In this document: piece by piece, positions 17,204-26,527 of the stretch
Numbering within the stretch: position 1 is the first letter of the stretch
How the letters are laid out: each line of letters begins with the position of its first letter
Source of the DNA: Theionarchaea archaeon
GTDB taxonomy: Archaea > Methanobacteriota_B > Thermococci > Methanofastidiosales > SZ-28-30
Direction of reading: 5' to 3'
Assembly: GCA_018992685.1 (NCBI GenBank)
Contig: JACVGT010000028.1
Coordinates: forward strand, 1-29,885
DNA length: 29,885 bases
Notes under the pieces: model-generated
Told to the model about the DNA's origin: nothing
The model's database searches: none
The model's input: the letters and a program-made list of their open reading frames with translations, nothing else
Made by a program: the position numbers and the translations under genes

Positions 17204-17836
17204 AAAAGCAATCCTCGCCTGAGGCGCGTATTCTTCAATTTTTCGCTTCACCAGTTCCTCAGGGTTTCGTTCTTTTCCTCTGGATGCACTGTCCAGTTTA
17301 ATTGAATAGACCTCTCCGTCTGCAACAACTCTTCCCCTCATCCCGAGAAGCCTGATAACTGCCTCAATTTGCTCTCCTGTGTCCTCTATTCTTTTGTGAA
17401 GTGAAACAGTGTATGTAAGTATTTTCCCGGATAGGGGATGGTTGAAGTCGAGGGCAACCCTTCCTGAGGAAACACTTCTGATAGTTGCCCACTTCTCATT
17501 GATTTCGATACGCATTCCTGCCTGTGGCTTCAATCCATGTCTCCTAAACTCTTTGAGAGGAACAGTGGTCACCAGGGAACGATTTCTCTTGCCAAAGGCC
17601 TGCTCAGGAGGGATATCTACTTCTCGTTCTTCTCCGACCTCCATGGTTAGAAGGACTTCCTCCAGCCCAGGGATGACATGACCTTCCCCCAGGATTATGG
17701 TAACAGGGCCATATGACGCATTTGGAGTGTGAATGCCTTCCTTTTCTGCCACTTCCTGAAATGTCGTATCCACTACCTGGTTTGACTCCTTTATTCTGGC
17801 AGTGTAGCCAAAAGTGACAAAGTCTCCTTTGTGCAT
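17198..17836 (-). CDS. slyD: Long-type archaeal FKBP peptidyl-prolyl isomerase (SlyD-like)
   Basis: GDFVTFGYT, VIPGLEE, IPPEQAFGKR, LDFNHPLSGK. Confidence 0.9.
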   Translation of the reverse strand: MHKGDFVTFGYTARIKESNQVVDTTFQEVAEKEGIHTPNASYGPVTIILGEGHVIPGLEEVLLTMEVGEEREVDIPPEQAFGKRNRSLVTTVPLKEFRRHGLKPQAGMRIEINEKWATIRSVSSGRVALDFNHPLSGKILTYTVSLHKRIEDTGEQIEAVIRLLGMRGRVVADGEVYSIKLDSASRGKERNPEELVKRKIEEYAPQARIAFS

Positions 17837-17867
17837 TCATGTGAAGACTGAAGCCGAATTTATAAAG

Positions 17868-19019
17868 CTACCGCTCGCGGGTTTCTCCTTTTCTCCCAAA
17901 AGCAAAAAAGAAGAAGAGCCCAATGCCCACAAGCATACAGGCCAGACTGAGAAAGGCGGCCTGATAGCTCACAACTGAGATGAGAATTCCAGTGATAATT
18001 GGGCCTGAAGCCTGCCCCACATCCATAATCATGCTGAGAACTCCCAAAGCAGATCCATATGCACCCTGTGACAAATCTGAAACCAATGCTGAGGTGGAAG
18101 CTGTGACAGTGGCCAGACCAAGACCGTACAGGGATGCTGCGCCTCCCAGAGCCAGCCAGTGACGATTGTAAGGAATAATGATCAAAGAAATAGCTCCCAG
18201 CAGTACGCCCAAACTGATGGAGGGTAGTCTGCCTGCCGAGTCAGAAAGCTTTCCCATGACAGGCTTGGTGAGCAAGGTGACTACAAGCTGGATGGTAAAG
18301 ATAACCCCGATATAGGAAGGAGTAATTCCAACAGAAACAGCATACAGGGGGAGAAATGTTTCAAGACCTCCAAACGTGAAATACTGGCACGCCTCAACAC
18401 TTGTGGTAATCATGATATCTTTGTTTGCCAGAACGGCCCTGTAATCTTTACGTTCTGTTTGAGGAGCTTGAGGAGACGTATCTTCCAGGAATGTGCCTAG
18501 GATGAAGGCAATCAGTCCCCCTGCAGCACAGGCTATGTAGACGCTGGAGAAACTTCCCAGAGTCAATAAGAATCCTCCCGCAGCAGGTGCCATCATCCTT
18601 CCCACCATGGTGGCAGAAGAGAACAGACCGAGGCGAGCAGCTCTGTCCCCACTGTATCGTTCAGCAACTGCTGCCATGGCTACCGGGCCGAAGATTGCCG
18701 TTGCCACTCCATGATAGAACCGTACGACAGCCAGCTGCCACAATTCGTTCACTATCAAATACATAAAAGGGGCTGTTGCAAAAACAAAGAGAGCGATGTG
18801 CAGGATACGTTTTCTTCCATACAGGTCGGAAAGAACCCCTGCGGGCATACTGATGAGGATACCAGGAATGGTGGAAGCAGCTGATATAACACCAATATAC
18901 TCTTTAGATGCTCCCAGAAAATCAGCGAATAGCGGCAGCACCGGATTCTTGGACATTGTAGAAGAGAAAATTGCACAAGCACCAATGATACTCAACAACC
19001 AGAAATAGTTCCTCCTCAT
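17868..19019 (-). CDS. MFS transporter
   Basis: About 12 TM segments; motif A GVLSDLYGRK and its repeat GKLSDSAGR. Confidence 0.92.
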   Translation of the reverse strand: MRRNYFWLLSIIGACAIFSSTMSKNPVLPLFADFLGASKEYIGVISAASTIPGILISMPAGVLSDLYGRKRILHIALFVFATAPFMYLIVNELWQLAVVRFYHGVATAIFGPVAMAAVAERYSGDRAARLGLFSSATMVGRMMAPAAGGFLLTLGSFSSVYIACAAGGLIAFILGTFLEDTSPQAPQTERKDYRAVLANKDIMITTSVEACQYFTFGGLETFLPLYAVSVGITPSYIGVIFTIQLVVTLLTKPVMGKLSDSAGRLPSISLGVLLGAISLIIIPYNRHWLALGGAASLYGLGLATVTASTSALVSDLSQGAYGSALGVLSMIMDVGQASGPIITGILISVVSYQAAFLSLACMLVGIGLFFFFAFGRKGETRER

Positions 19020-19134
19020 GGAGCACGATTGGGCTGTCCATTTAAGAATCTTTGCTCATCCTGATGCCACAGGAATGCGTGAGCATTTCTCGCGTGCCGA
19101 ATCCAGAACGTGGTGTCCTTCAGAGCAGAGATTT

Positions 19135-20508
19135 TCAGTACGATCCCAAAGGAACGTGCTCATATTTCGTACCCACCCTTCTATACAGAAACGCCGCACT
19201 CACCAGTATGACTGCTGAAATACCAAGTAACCACAAAGAACGCTCCATCAACGAGAGAATGCTCATCACCAGCAGTACGGGGAGAATCAGAAGGAGATAC
19301 CTCGCAAGAACAGCGCCATCAAACAACCGTGTATTGGGATACAATCCACACAGCCAGGCAGTAACGGCTGCAACATAGAACGATGTGGAGCCCATGATCA
19401 CGATGGACAATGGAACAAGATACAGTGCCTCCAGTATGTACCCGAGAACAACCAGATATACCATGGCAACAGTAAAGGAGAACAGCAGAAACAACATGAT
19501 CTTCCTCTTGATAACAGCAGAAGTGGTAATGGGAAACGTGCTGAGAGAAGAAGGAGCATCAATGTTGTTCAGCCAGCTGTACACCAAGGTACTCAGATAC
19601 CCAATGAATCCAGCATAGAACACCAGAGGGATATCAATACGGAATTGGAATAATCGTCCTGAAAAATAGAAGATCCCGTAGATGAAGATCAGAGGGAAGA
19701 GATAGGAGGTAGCAATAATCTGCCAAGTACCACTTCTCCGGACATCGATAATTTCCTTGGCCAGAACAGGATCCATTCTGTGAAACAGGTTAGTCCTGGA
19801 GAACAGTTTTTTTCTGGCTCGATACACAGGCTTGGTGATGGCCAGGGAGAGTATTGAAAGAGCCACAAAAATCCCTGCTGAGAGGAAGGCTGCCCCCCAG
19901 TCTCCGTAAACAAACGACACCAGAGGAGGGAAGTCCTCTACAGAACCAGTTCCCACCATCACTGCTGCCACCACCAGCATGCCAACAAGGGACAGTCTGC
20001 TGCGCACATAAAGGGAAGAAACAAGGAAGCTCACTGAAACCCCTATCAGGAAAGAAAGAAGCGATGAACCAAAGAGGCGGGCAACTACACCCAAAGAAAC
20101 ACTAAACGATAGGAATAATCCCAGGAATAACGGTACAATGGTCAAAAACAGGTAATAGACGATATCCTTTATGTAGAACCAGGTGAGAAGCTTCCGGAAT
20201 GATATGGGCAAAATAGTGTACATGTGAATCAGCAAGTGAGCATCTCTGAACCAGGTATTGGCCACCTCATCTGCAAAGAATCCAAAAGCACCAACAAACA
20301 GCCCGTACACCACCATGAGAACGTGGAAAGCAACAAGTAATTCAGACATCTCAAAAGCTTCCCTGAACAGTGGAAGCAACCATCCCATGATAACCCCAAT
20401 AACCACCAGAACTGCAGGAAAAGCAAAGAATAGGTTTTTCGAACTGAAATAACTGGTGAGCATCCGCCATTCTTCTTTCAAATTGAGGGATAACAGAGTA
20501 TCAGCCAT
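19135..20508 (-). CDS. ABC exporter permease-like membrane protein
   Basis: Polytopic membrane protein with two similar halves, overlapping the ATPase gene by 8 nt. Confidence 0.7.
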   Translation of the reverse strand: MADTLLSLNLKEEWRMLTSYFSSKNLFFAFPAVLVVIGVIMGWLLPLFREAFEMSELLVAFHVLMVVYGLFVGAFGFFADEVANTWFRDAHLLIHMYTILPISFRKLLTWFYIKDIVYYLFLTIVPLFLGLFLSFSVSLGVVARLFGSSLLSFLIGVSVSFLVSSLYVRSRLSLVGMLVVAAVMVGTGSVEDFPPLVSFVYGDWGAAFLSAGIFVALSILSLAITKPVYRARKKLFSRTNLFHRMDPVLAKEIIDVRRSGTWQIIATSYLFPLIFIYGIFYFSGRLFQFRIDIPLVFYAGFIGYLSTLVYSWLNNIDAPSSLSTFPITTSAVIKRKIMLFLLFSFTVAMVYLVVLGYILEALYLVPLSIVIMGSTSFYVAAVTAWLCGLYPNTRLFDGAVLARYLLLILPVLLVMSILSLMERSLWLLGISAVILVSAAFLYRRVGTKYEHVPLGSY

Positions 20509-21214
20509 GGGTTCTCACCAGGGTGAAAAATACATCTTCCAGGGTGGGTCCTTCCCGGAGCAACTCGGAAAGCGTTCCCGATTTGAGTACAGTTCCTTTT
20601 GAAAGAACCGCAATCCGGGAACACAGCTTCTCTGCCATCTCCAGTATATGGGTGGACAGGAAAACTGTTCCTCCTTCTGTTACATATTCATTAAGAAATG
20701 TTCTCAACTTCTTTTGCATCAAAGGGTCAACATCTGCAAATGGTTCATCCAGAAACACCAATGACGGTTTATGAATAAATGCCGCTGCAAATGAGAGTTT
20801 TTGCTTCATTCCCTGGCTTAAATCCTTGCATAGTACATTCTCACTCTCATTGAGTTCCACAAAATCCAGCCAGAAGGCAGCCTGGCCCTCATCAACATGT
20901 CTCACGCCGCACACAAACTCCAGGTATTCAGTCACTGTGAGGAAACTCGGAAGTAAAACAACTTCCGGGACTATTCCCACAGCTTTCTTCACCTCAATGT
21001 GATGGGTTACATCGATGCCCAGAACACGCGCCTCCCCTGAGTCAGGTGGTACCTGTCCGGTGAGCATCTTTATGGTAGTAGTTTTCCCTGCTCCGTTTGG
21101 CCCCAGGAATCCAAAGAACTCTCCCTTGTTCACAGCAAGCGTAAGGTTCTGGACAGCCCTGGTGGGCCCATAGGATTTCGAGAGGTCCTGTACTTCAATG
21201 ACACTGGTATCCAT
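20501..21214 (-). CDS. ABC transporter ATP-binding protein
   Basis: GPNGAGKTT, LSQGMKQK, VFLDEP, STH. Confidence 0.95.
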   Translation of the reverse strand: MDTSVIEVQDLSKSYGPTRAVQNLTLAVNKGEFFGFLGPNGAGKTTTIKMLTGQVPPDSGEARVLGIDVTHHIEVKKAVGIVPEVVLLPSFLTVTEYLEFVCGVRHVDEGQAAFWLDFVELNESENVLCKDLSQGMKQKLSFAAAFIHKPSLVFLDEPFADVDPLMQKKLRTFLNEYVTEGGTVFLSTHILEMAEKLCSRIAVLSKGTVLKSGTLSELLREGPTLEDVFFTLVRTHG

Positions 21215-21447
21215 GCCTGTGGTGTTCTTCCTAGATACTTATAAACCCTTTGATCCTGGTCAGTCACACCAGAGAACCGCTCTTTCAGTGTCTGAGCTTC
21301 CTTGAGAAGTAGAACCAGATTATCCACCGAAGTTCAAGACCAAGAAGCTGTGCAATGAATCATGACGCAGAAATACCAGTAAAAGAGAGAGAAGAAATCA
21401 AACCCAAAAAAAATGTTGAAAAGAAAACTAAAAGGAAAAGAAGGAAT

Positions 21448-24400
21448 TTATATTCTTCCTAGGCAGCTGAGCACCTCATACACTTTCATCAGGGCTTGTA
21501 TTGCTTTGGTGGATGCTTCCTTGCACTTGCCCATCTCAAAGTACAGCTCCGCCTGGTCAATGTACATTTCTGCTTCTCTGAGAAGTTTCTCACAGAGCCT
21601 CACATCCCAGTTCTGCTTCTTCTTCTCCTCGAGCTTTGTTCTGGTTTCATACAGCAGGTTCTTGACCTTCTGGATAGTCCTCTCTACCTTGGAGCATTCA
21701 GAACTGAGTTTGGGCGACTCTGATTGATCGTCCTGGTCCTGATCGTCCTGATCTTGATCCTGATCATTTTGGTCCTGATCGTCCTGATCTTGATCCTGAT
21801 CATTTTGGTCCTGATCGTCTTGATCTTGATCCTGATTGTCTGAGCTTTGCTGTCCCTCTGTAATCGTCAGTGTATTGGACTTCTGCTCGGGGACTGTGAG
21901 GACGTCCCCTGTGCTGGTATCCACACCCTGTGCTGTTCCTGAAAAGACTACTGTTCCTTGCTTGACTGCGACATATGTCCAGAGGATAATTTCAAAGCTG
22001 TGACTGGGAACGCTAATAGATGTTCGGGATGGACCTGAAACGAGTTCTACAGCCCCCGTTCCTGAGACAGTCAATTCTGATGGGACTACGTTTACAGCTT
22101 CTGCCTGCCCAATGTTCTGCACCGTCATAGCCACGGTAAGAAGATCACCTTCTGCCACCTCTCTCGGAGTAACGATGACAAAGGCGGTCAGAATTGCAGG
22201 TGAGGCGACACCCACTGTTGACATGGCAGTGCTGGACACGAAAACCTGGCCTTCTGCTTCTCCTGAAACATAGCCGGTGAACACCACCGTTCCCCCCTGT
22301 GTGCCAGGGGTGGCTGCATACTTCCACTCAAATGTCTTTGTTTCACCCGGTTCCAGGGAGATGGGGGGTTTTGGTAAGGGACCAATCACCAGGCTGGCAG
22401 CTGCTGTGCCGGTCGTTGATGTGGACAGTGTTGAGGGCGTGACGTCTTCCAGAGTTACCTCTCCTGTGTTGTAGACCTCCATGGTCATGGTAATGGTAGA
22501 CCCTTCGATCACTCCGTAGAGCAGTGCTGAAATGTTTCCAGGTACGTCCGGTTCTATTGTTACAGTCACCGTTCCTGATTCAGCTTCTGATGACTCAATC
22601 TCTGCTCCAGTATCTTCTGCTCCTGCAGCGCTTCCTGTAAATATCAGTGAAGTACTCTCTTCTGCAGTGACTTCATATTCCCAGACAAAAGCTGCTGATT
22701 CTCCTCCGGGAATGTCCTGAGTCTCAGGCTCGGGGCCAGAGATCAACGTCACAGCATCGGGTGCTACCAGTGTCGGTACCACTGATTTCGCTAGTGCTTC
22801 CATGGTGTTGGTAACAGTCATGATGACTGTTATCTCATCGCCTTGTCCAGCTTCTGAACGGTTGGTTGAAATATCACAGTGGAGGGGTTGATCATCCTGT
22901 TCTGAAGGCTCTGCGGTTCCTGGTTCATCATCAGCCTGGTTGTCATCCGCTTCCTGTTCATCATCTTCTGATTCTCCAACAGTGAAGGTCACTGACTCTG
23001 TTTGACTCCAGTTCCCGACACTGTTCTGAGTCTTGACATCTAGGGTGTGATCCCCATCAGCCATATCAGTTGTGCCAAAGTCGAGGGTGAATTCCTCTTC
23101 AGGTTCATCAAAGCTACCGTCAGACGGAGTGGCTTGTTCCCATTCTCCCTGATCGACTCTGTACTGGACATCAGAAATGGTGTTCAGGCTGATATCGGTC
23201 TCTCCTGTCAAAGGATTCTGGTTAGGCAGTGGTGATTCCTTGGCTGTCCCAGCCCAGGATGTGTCCTGTTGGGTCAATGTAATAGCAGGCACTGTGTCAA
23301 AGACATCCAGGATTCCGTCAGAATCACTGTCACTCCAGCCCAGCTGTGTTCTCGCACTGACTTCGATCTGAGTATCCAGCATCCGCTCTCCTTTCATGAG
23401 AGAGGACACAGTAGACGTACAGGCTGTGCCATTCCACTCTGAATTGGTGGTTTCTCCACCGAGATATCCTGATGCTGTACTCTGTTCCACTTCGCTAGTG
23501 CATGCCTGATCCAATGCCCAGAAAACGTGACAGATCTCGTGGGCAATGACAGTGTCCATATTGGCAATTCCCCAGATGGAGTTGGAATAGGTAATAACCA
23601 CTCTCGGCCCACCCAGGAAAGAATAAGCTGAGTACCCGTCTGCAAACGCATTGTCTTCGTCTTCTGAATCATCCACCACAAAGATGATGAATGCCCAGTC
23701 CGAGTCATACGTATTCCGAAGATCATTGACGTATGAGTACTCATTGACCACATAATTCGGGCTTCCATATCCCAGGTGGTGCATAGCCTGCTCTTCCCAC
23801 AGGTCGTCATCAGTGTGGGGTCTTGTAATTGGTTCATAACCTACAGGTACATTGAAGTGCCACTCATATACAAAGGACAGCTGAGCTGCGGGTTCCTGCA
23901 TGAGTAGCCAGTTCAACCCATTCTGGATCTCTGAAACTACATTAACTTGCTCCTCTTCTGTCCAGTTCTCTGTGTCATCATCGATTGTTCCATTGCTCTC
24001 CAGGAACAGAACACTGACTGCCACAGTTCCTGCCAGATAGGCTGAGGTGTCCTGAAATCCTGCTCCGTACGGAAGCGCACCGTCATACTGAGAGGGCATC
24101 AGATACGATGAAATGTCAGGAAGAAGCTCACAATCATCTGGAGGAGGTTCAGGAGACAAGGGGGGTTCGTTCAACCCTGCGTCCACCGATAATCCCATGT
24201 AGTTGTAGTTCCATGCAGTCACTGGGTACAGCACGTCTTCAGGCCACTCCTTGCCTTCCGTATCTACTGGTCCTCTGTACACAGAAATACTGGGATCTTC
24301 AATCAGTGTCTCTTCTGCCTCCACAGAGAGCTTTCCAATAATAACTTCCGGCGGAAATACATGCATGACTTCTCCGTCAAGGTCCCGTATCAAGTCGCAG

Positions 24401-24558
24401 ACAGTGTCAATCTCTGGACCTTCTCCGTCCAGCAGTACAAGTGCTGGCAGATCTTCCAGGTCAGACTCTGATGCTACCGTCACTCCTGAAACCAGGAGTA
24501 GTGCTATCAATGAAAGCGAGTAGGTTACTCTCTTGCGGTTCGTCTGGTTTTTCTTCAT
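21448..24558 (-). CDS. Large secreted acidic zinc metalloprotease-like protein with Ig-like repeats and a C-terminal helical domain
   Basis: Signal peptide, prodomain-like N-terminus, VIAHEICHVFWALD (HExxH, 23541-23527), Ig-like VQYRVDQGEW module, three similar beta-rich repeats (TVTNT/EVYNTG/TVQNIG...FxWxY), D/Q linker; SD AAGGAGGT. Confidence 0.75.
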   Translation of the reverse strand: MKKNQTNRKRVTYSLSLIALLLVSGVTVASESDLEDLPALVLLDGEGPEIDTVCDLIRDLDGEVMHVFPPEVIIGKLSVEAEETLIEDPSISVYRGPVDTEGKEWPEDVLYPVTAWNYNYMGLSVDAGLNEPPLSPEPPPDDCELLPDISSYLMPSQYDGALPYGAGFQDTSAYLAGTVAVSVLFLESNGTIDDDTENWTEEEQVNVVSEIQNGLNWLLMQEPAAQLSFVYEWHFNVPVGYEPITRPHTDDDLWEEQAMHHLGYGSPNYVVNEYSYVNDLRNTYDSDWAFIIFVVDDSEDEDNAFADGYSAYSFLGGPRVVITYSNSIWGIANMDTVIAHEICHVFWALDQACTSEVEQSTASGYLGGETTNSEWNGTACTSTVSSLMKGERMLDTQIEVSARTQLGWSDSDSDGILDVFDTVPAITLTQQDTSWAGTAKESPLPNQNPLTGETDISLNTISDVQYRVDQGEWEQATPSDGSFDEPEEEFTLDFGTTDMADGDHTLDVKTQNSVGNWSQTESVTFTVGESEDDEQEADDNQADDEPGTAEPSEQDDQPLHCDISTNRSEAGQGDEITVIMTVTNTMEALAKSVVPTLVAPDAVTLISGPEPETQDIPGGESAAFVWEYEVTAEESTSLIFTGSAAGAEDTGAEIESSEAESGTVTVTIEPDVPGNISALLYGVIEGSTITMTMEVYNTGEVTLEDVTPSTLSTSTTGTAAASLVIGPLPKPPISLEPGETKTFEWKYAATPGTQGGTVVFTGYVSGEAEGQVFVSSTAMSTVGVASPAILTAFVIVTPREVAEGDLLTVAMTVQNIGQAEAVNVVPSELTVSGTGAVELVSGPSRTSISVPSHSFEIILWTYVAVKQGTVVFSGTAQGVDTSTGDVLTVPEQKSNTLTITEGQQSSDNQDQDQDDQDQNDQDQDQDDQDQNDQDQDQDDQDQDDQSESPKLSSECSKVERTIQKVKNLLYETRTKLEEKKKQNWDVRLCEKLLREAEMYIDQAELYFEMGKCKEASTKAIQALMKVYEVLSCLGRI
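21735..21836. repeat. Coding tandem repeat, 36-bp unit x ~2.8 (D/Q/N-rich 12-aa unit)
   Basis: GGTCCTGATCGTCCTGATCTTGATCCTGATCATTTT at 21735, 21771 and partially at 21807. Confidence 0.9.
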
Positions 24559-24598
24559 AATGAAACCTCCTTGAAGTTAGGCTTGATGCCATTATCTT

Positions 24599-24639
24599 TA
24601 TACATTATTGCTAATCAATAGCATATAAAGCTTTCGGTG
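24599..24639 (-). promoter_or_regulatory. BRE/TATA promoter with palindromic operator TATTG-ATTAG-CAATA (24620-24606)
   Basis: Minus strand CACCGAAAGCTTTATATGCTATTGATTAGCAATAATGTATA; near-copy of 5798-5838. Confidence 0.7.
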
Positions 24640-24730
24640 GCAACAAGGGTAAGGGAGGGAAGAAAACTGACCATCATGGATAAGACACTATGAAGAAGGA
24701 GACACGGAATGGAGAACAGATGGCAAAATG

Positions 24731-24752
24731 AAGAAAAAAAGGCCGAAAGGCC
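24731..24752 (-). terminator. Hairpin plus U-tract terminator of the YbjQ-family operon
   Basis: Minus strand GGCC-TTTC-GGCC followed by TTTTTTTCTT. Confidence 0.55.
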
Positions 24753-24764
24753 CAGAGGTCGTGA

Positions 24765-25013
24765 TCACACTTTTTCGTGGACTTCTTCTGTTTTCACAGA
24801 TCGATACCGATCATACATGGCTGACAGGAGCATGAGAATGATTCCCAGAATGAATGCAGTAATTCCAACCAACACGAGCTGGGCAGAAAGAGGGAGTGGT
24901 CCCTGAACGAAGAACTGGAAGAGTACTTTAACGATTCCGTACACGATGAGCCCTGCAAAAATCAGTCCTCCCAGCACAACCAGGGCAAACCCTGCTTTGC
25001 CGAAAATGTTCAT
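24765..25013 (-). CDS. Small 2-TM membrane protein
   Basis: 82 aa, two hydrophobic helices, SD-like AAGGTGGA, directly downstream of the YbjQ gene. Confidence 0.75.
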   Translation of the reverse strand: MNIFGKAGFALVVLGGLIFAGLIVYGIVKVLFQFFVQGPLPLSAQLVLVGITAFILGIILMLLSAMYDRYRSVKTEEVHEKV

Positions 25014-25032
25014 GATTCCACCTTCATTCAGA

Positions 25033-25347
25033 CTACTTCAGCGTAACAGCAGTACCATATGCAAGTATTTCTGCAGCAGATGACGCTACCTGCGAGGTGG
25101 TGAATCGTACGTTTACCACAGCGTCAGCCTTCAGCTTCTCAGCTTCTGCAATCATCCTGTTCAGTGCTTCTTCCCGAGATTCAGAGATCATCTCAGTATA
25201 TTCCAGGAGTTCTCCTCCTACAATATTCCTGAGCCCAGCCATAATATCCTTTCCCAGATGCTTGGCTCTGATGGTGTTTCCTCTAACCAACCCAAGTACT
25301 TCTGAGATTTCTCTTCCTGGAATTGTATCAGTATTCACAACAATCAT
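25033..25347 (-). CDS. YbjQ/UPF0145 family protein
   Basis: GLVRGNTIRAKHLGKDIMAGLRNIVGGEL...ADAVVNVRF...AYGTAV. Confidence 0.93.
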   Translation of the reverse strand: MIVVNTDTIPGREISEVLGLVRGNTIRAKHLGKDIMAGLRNIVGGELLEYTEMISESREEALNRMIAEAEKLKADAVVNVRFTTSQVASSAAEILAYGTAVTLK

Positions 25348-25461
25348 GGTATCACCGGTAGTATGAAGGTGTTCGTGCTTTTAATCTTTTCTCCAGGCCA
25401 GACATGACATTCTATCGTGCGGCGTACCCAACCTTTTTAACGGGGAATCAGAGAGTGTCCC

Positions 25462-26472
25462 ATGTACACAGTGAACTCCGGGTACTCGCAATTTGACGGC
25501 AGGAACATTATTTTTGCCCGTGCCCTGTCTGATCCTCAATGCCCGTGCTACGGTCACTCGGTCGAGGAGCATCTTCCAGATATTGTTAAGGAGGGGAAGT
25601 CTGGGTATTCTCTGATTGATGTTGCCCTGTATGAGGCAGCATGGGTAGTATACGAGACGTATGGGGGTGCCTTTTCATGGGGACGCCTCCGTCCTTTGGA
25701 TGCAAAACCCGAGCTGGACAGGCTTGAATCATATAATCCCGGTCCAGAACAGCTGACTGCAGTGGTGAAGAAAGCAGCTCGCTTTTATGGGGCCTCTCTC
25801 GTGGGTATTTCCAGAATTGACTCCCGATGGGTATATTCACACGATCGAGAAGGGACTCCTGTAGAGATTCCTGAAGGAGCAACCCACGCTGTAGTCATGG
25901 CCCTTGAAATGGACCCCCGGGGCATTGGGACTACTCCTGCGCTGACGTCATCAGCTGTCGTGGGGCTAGCATATTCCAGAATAGCCTTCTTGCTTGCCTG
26001 TATGGGTGAATTCATTAGAAACCTGGGATACAAGGCCATTCAGATGGGTAATGATACAGCCCTGAGCATTCCACTGGCTGTGGATGCGGGATTGGGAGAA
26101 CTGGGAAGACATGGACTGCTGATCACTCCTCAACTCGGGTCCAGAGTACGCATCTGCAAGATATTCACTGACATGGAGCTGGTGTGCGATAACCCTCTTG
26201 ACACAGGAATTCAACAGGTTTGTAAGACGTGTAGAAAATGTGCGGAAGCCTGTGAGGTTGACGCCATCTCTTTTGAGGAAGAACCCACCTTCGAACCAGT
26301 GTGTAAATCAAACAATCCGGGGGTCCTGAAGTGGCCGGTGAACGCGGAGAAATGTTATGCGTTCTGGTGTGAAAATGGCGGAGACTGTGCCACGTGTATC
26401 ACAGCATGCCCTTTCACCGTAAGGACAGGTGTCAAGGAGACAGCACCCGATGACTTCTGGAATACCTTGTAG
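25462..26472 (+). CDS. Reductive dehalogenase (RdhA)-like corrinoid/2x[Fe-S] protein, no Tat signal
   Basis: VKKAARFYGASLVGI, IRNLGYKA, AVDAGLGELGRHGLLITPQLGSRVR, CKTCRKCAEACE and C..FW..GGDCATCITACPF. Confidence 0.85.
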   Translation: MYTVNSGYSQFDGRNIIFARALSDPQCPCYGHSVEEHLPDIVKEGKSGYSLIDVALYEAAWVVYETYGGAFSWGRLRPLDAKPELDRLESYNPGPEQLTAVVKKAARFYGASLVGISRIDSRWVYSHDREGTPVEIPEGATHAVVMALEMDPRGIGTTPALTSSAVVGLAYSRIAFLLACMGEFIRNLGYKAIQMGNDTALSIPLAVDAGLGELGRHGLLITPQLGSRVRICKIFTDMELVCDNPLDTGIQQVCKTCRKCAEACEVDAISFEEEPTFEPVCKSNNPGVLKWPVNAEKCYAFWCENGGDCATCITACPFTVRTGVKETAPDDFWNTL

Positions 26473-26527
26473 AGGACATGTGCAGCACCATTACCGTATC
26501 CTTTCAAGCAGGTTCACCTGTGATGCT

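Noticed and set aside
21735-21836. 36-bp repeats as a CRISPR array
   Set aside because: Head-to-tail with no spacers and in frame inside a CDS
24765-25013. Small membrane protein as the RdhB anchor
   Set aside because: Only two TM helices, on the opposite strand, and in an operon with the YbjQ gene; the RdhA has no Tat signal
1124-26472. TGT plus RdhA/QueG-like gene as a queuosine pathway
   Set aside because: They are 23 kb apart with unrelated genes between; the protein looks more RdhA-like than QueG-like; no que genes are in the window
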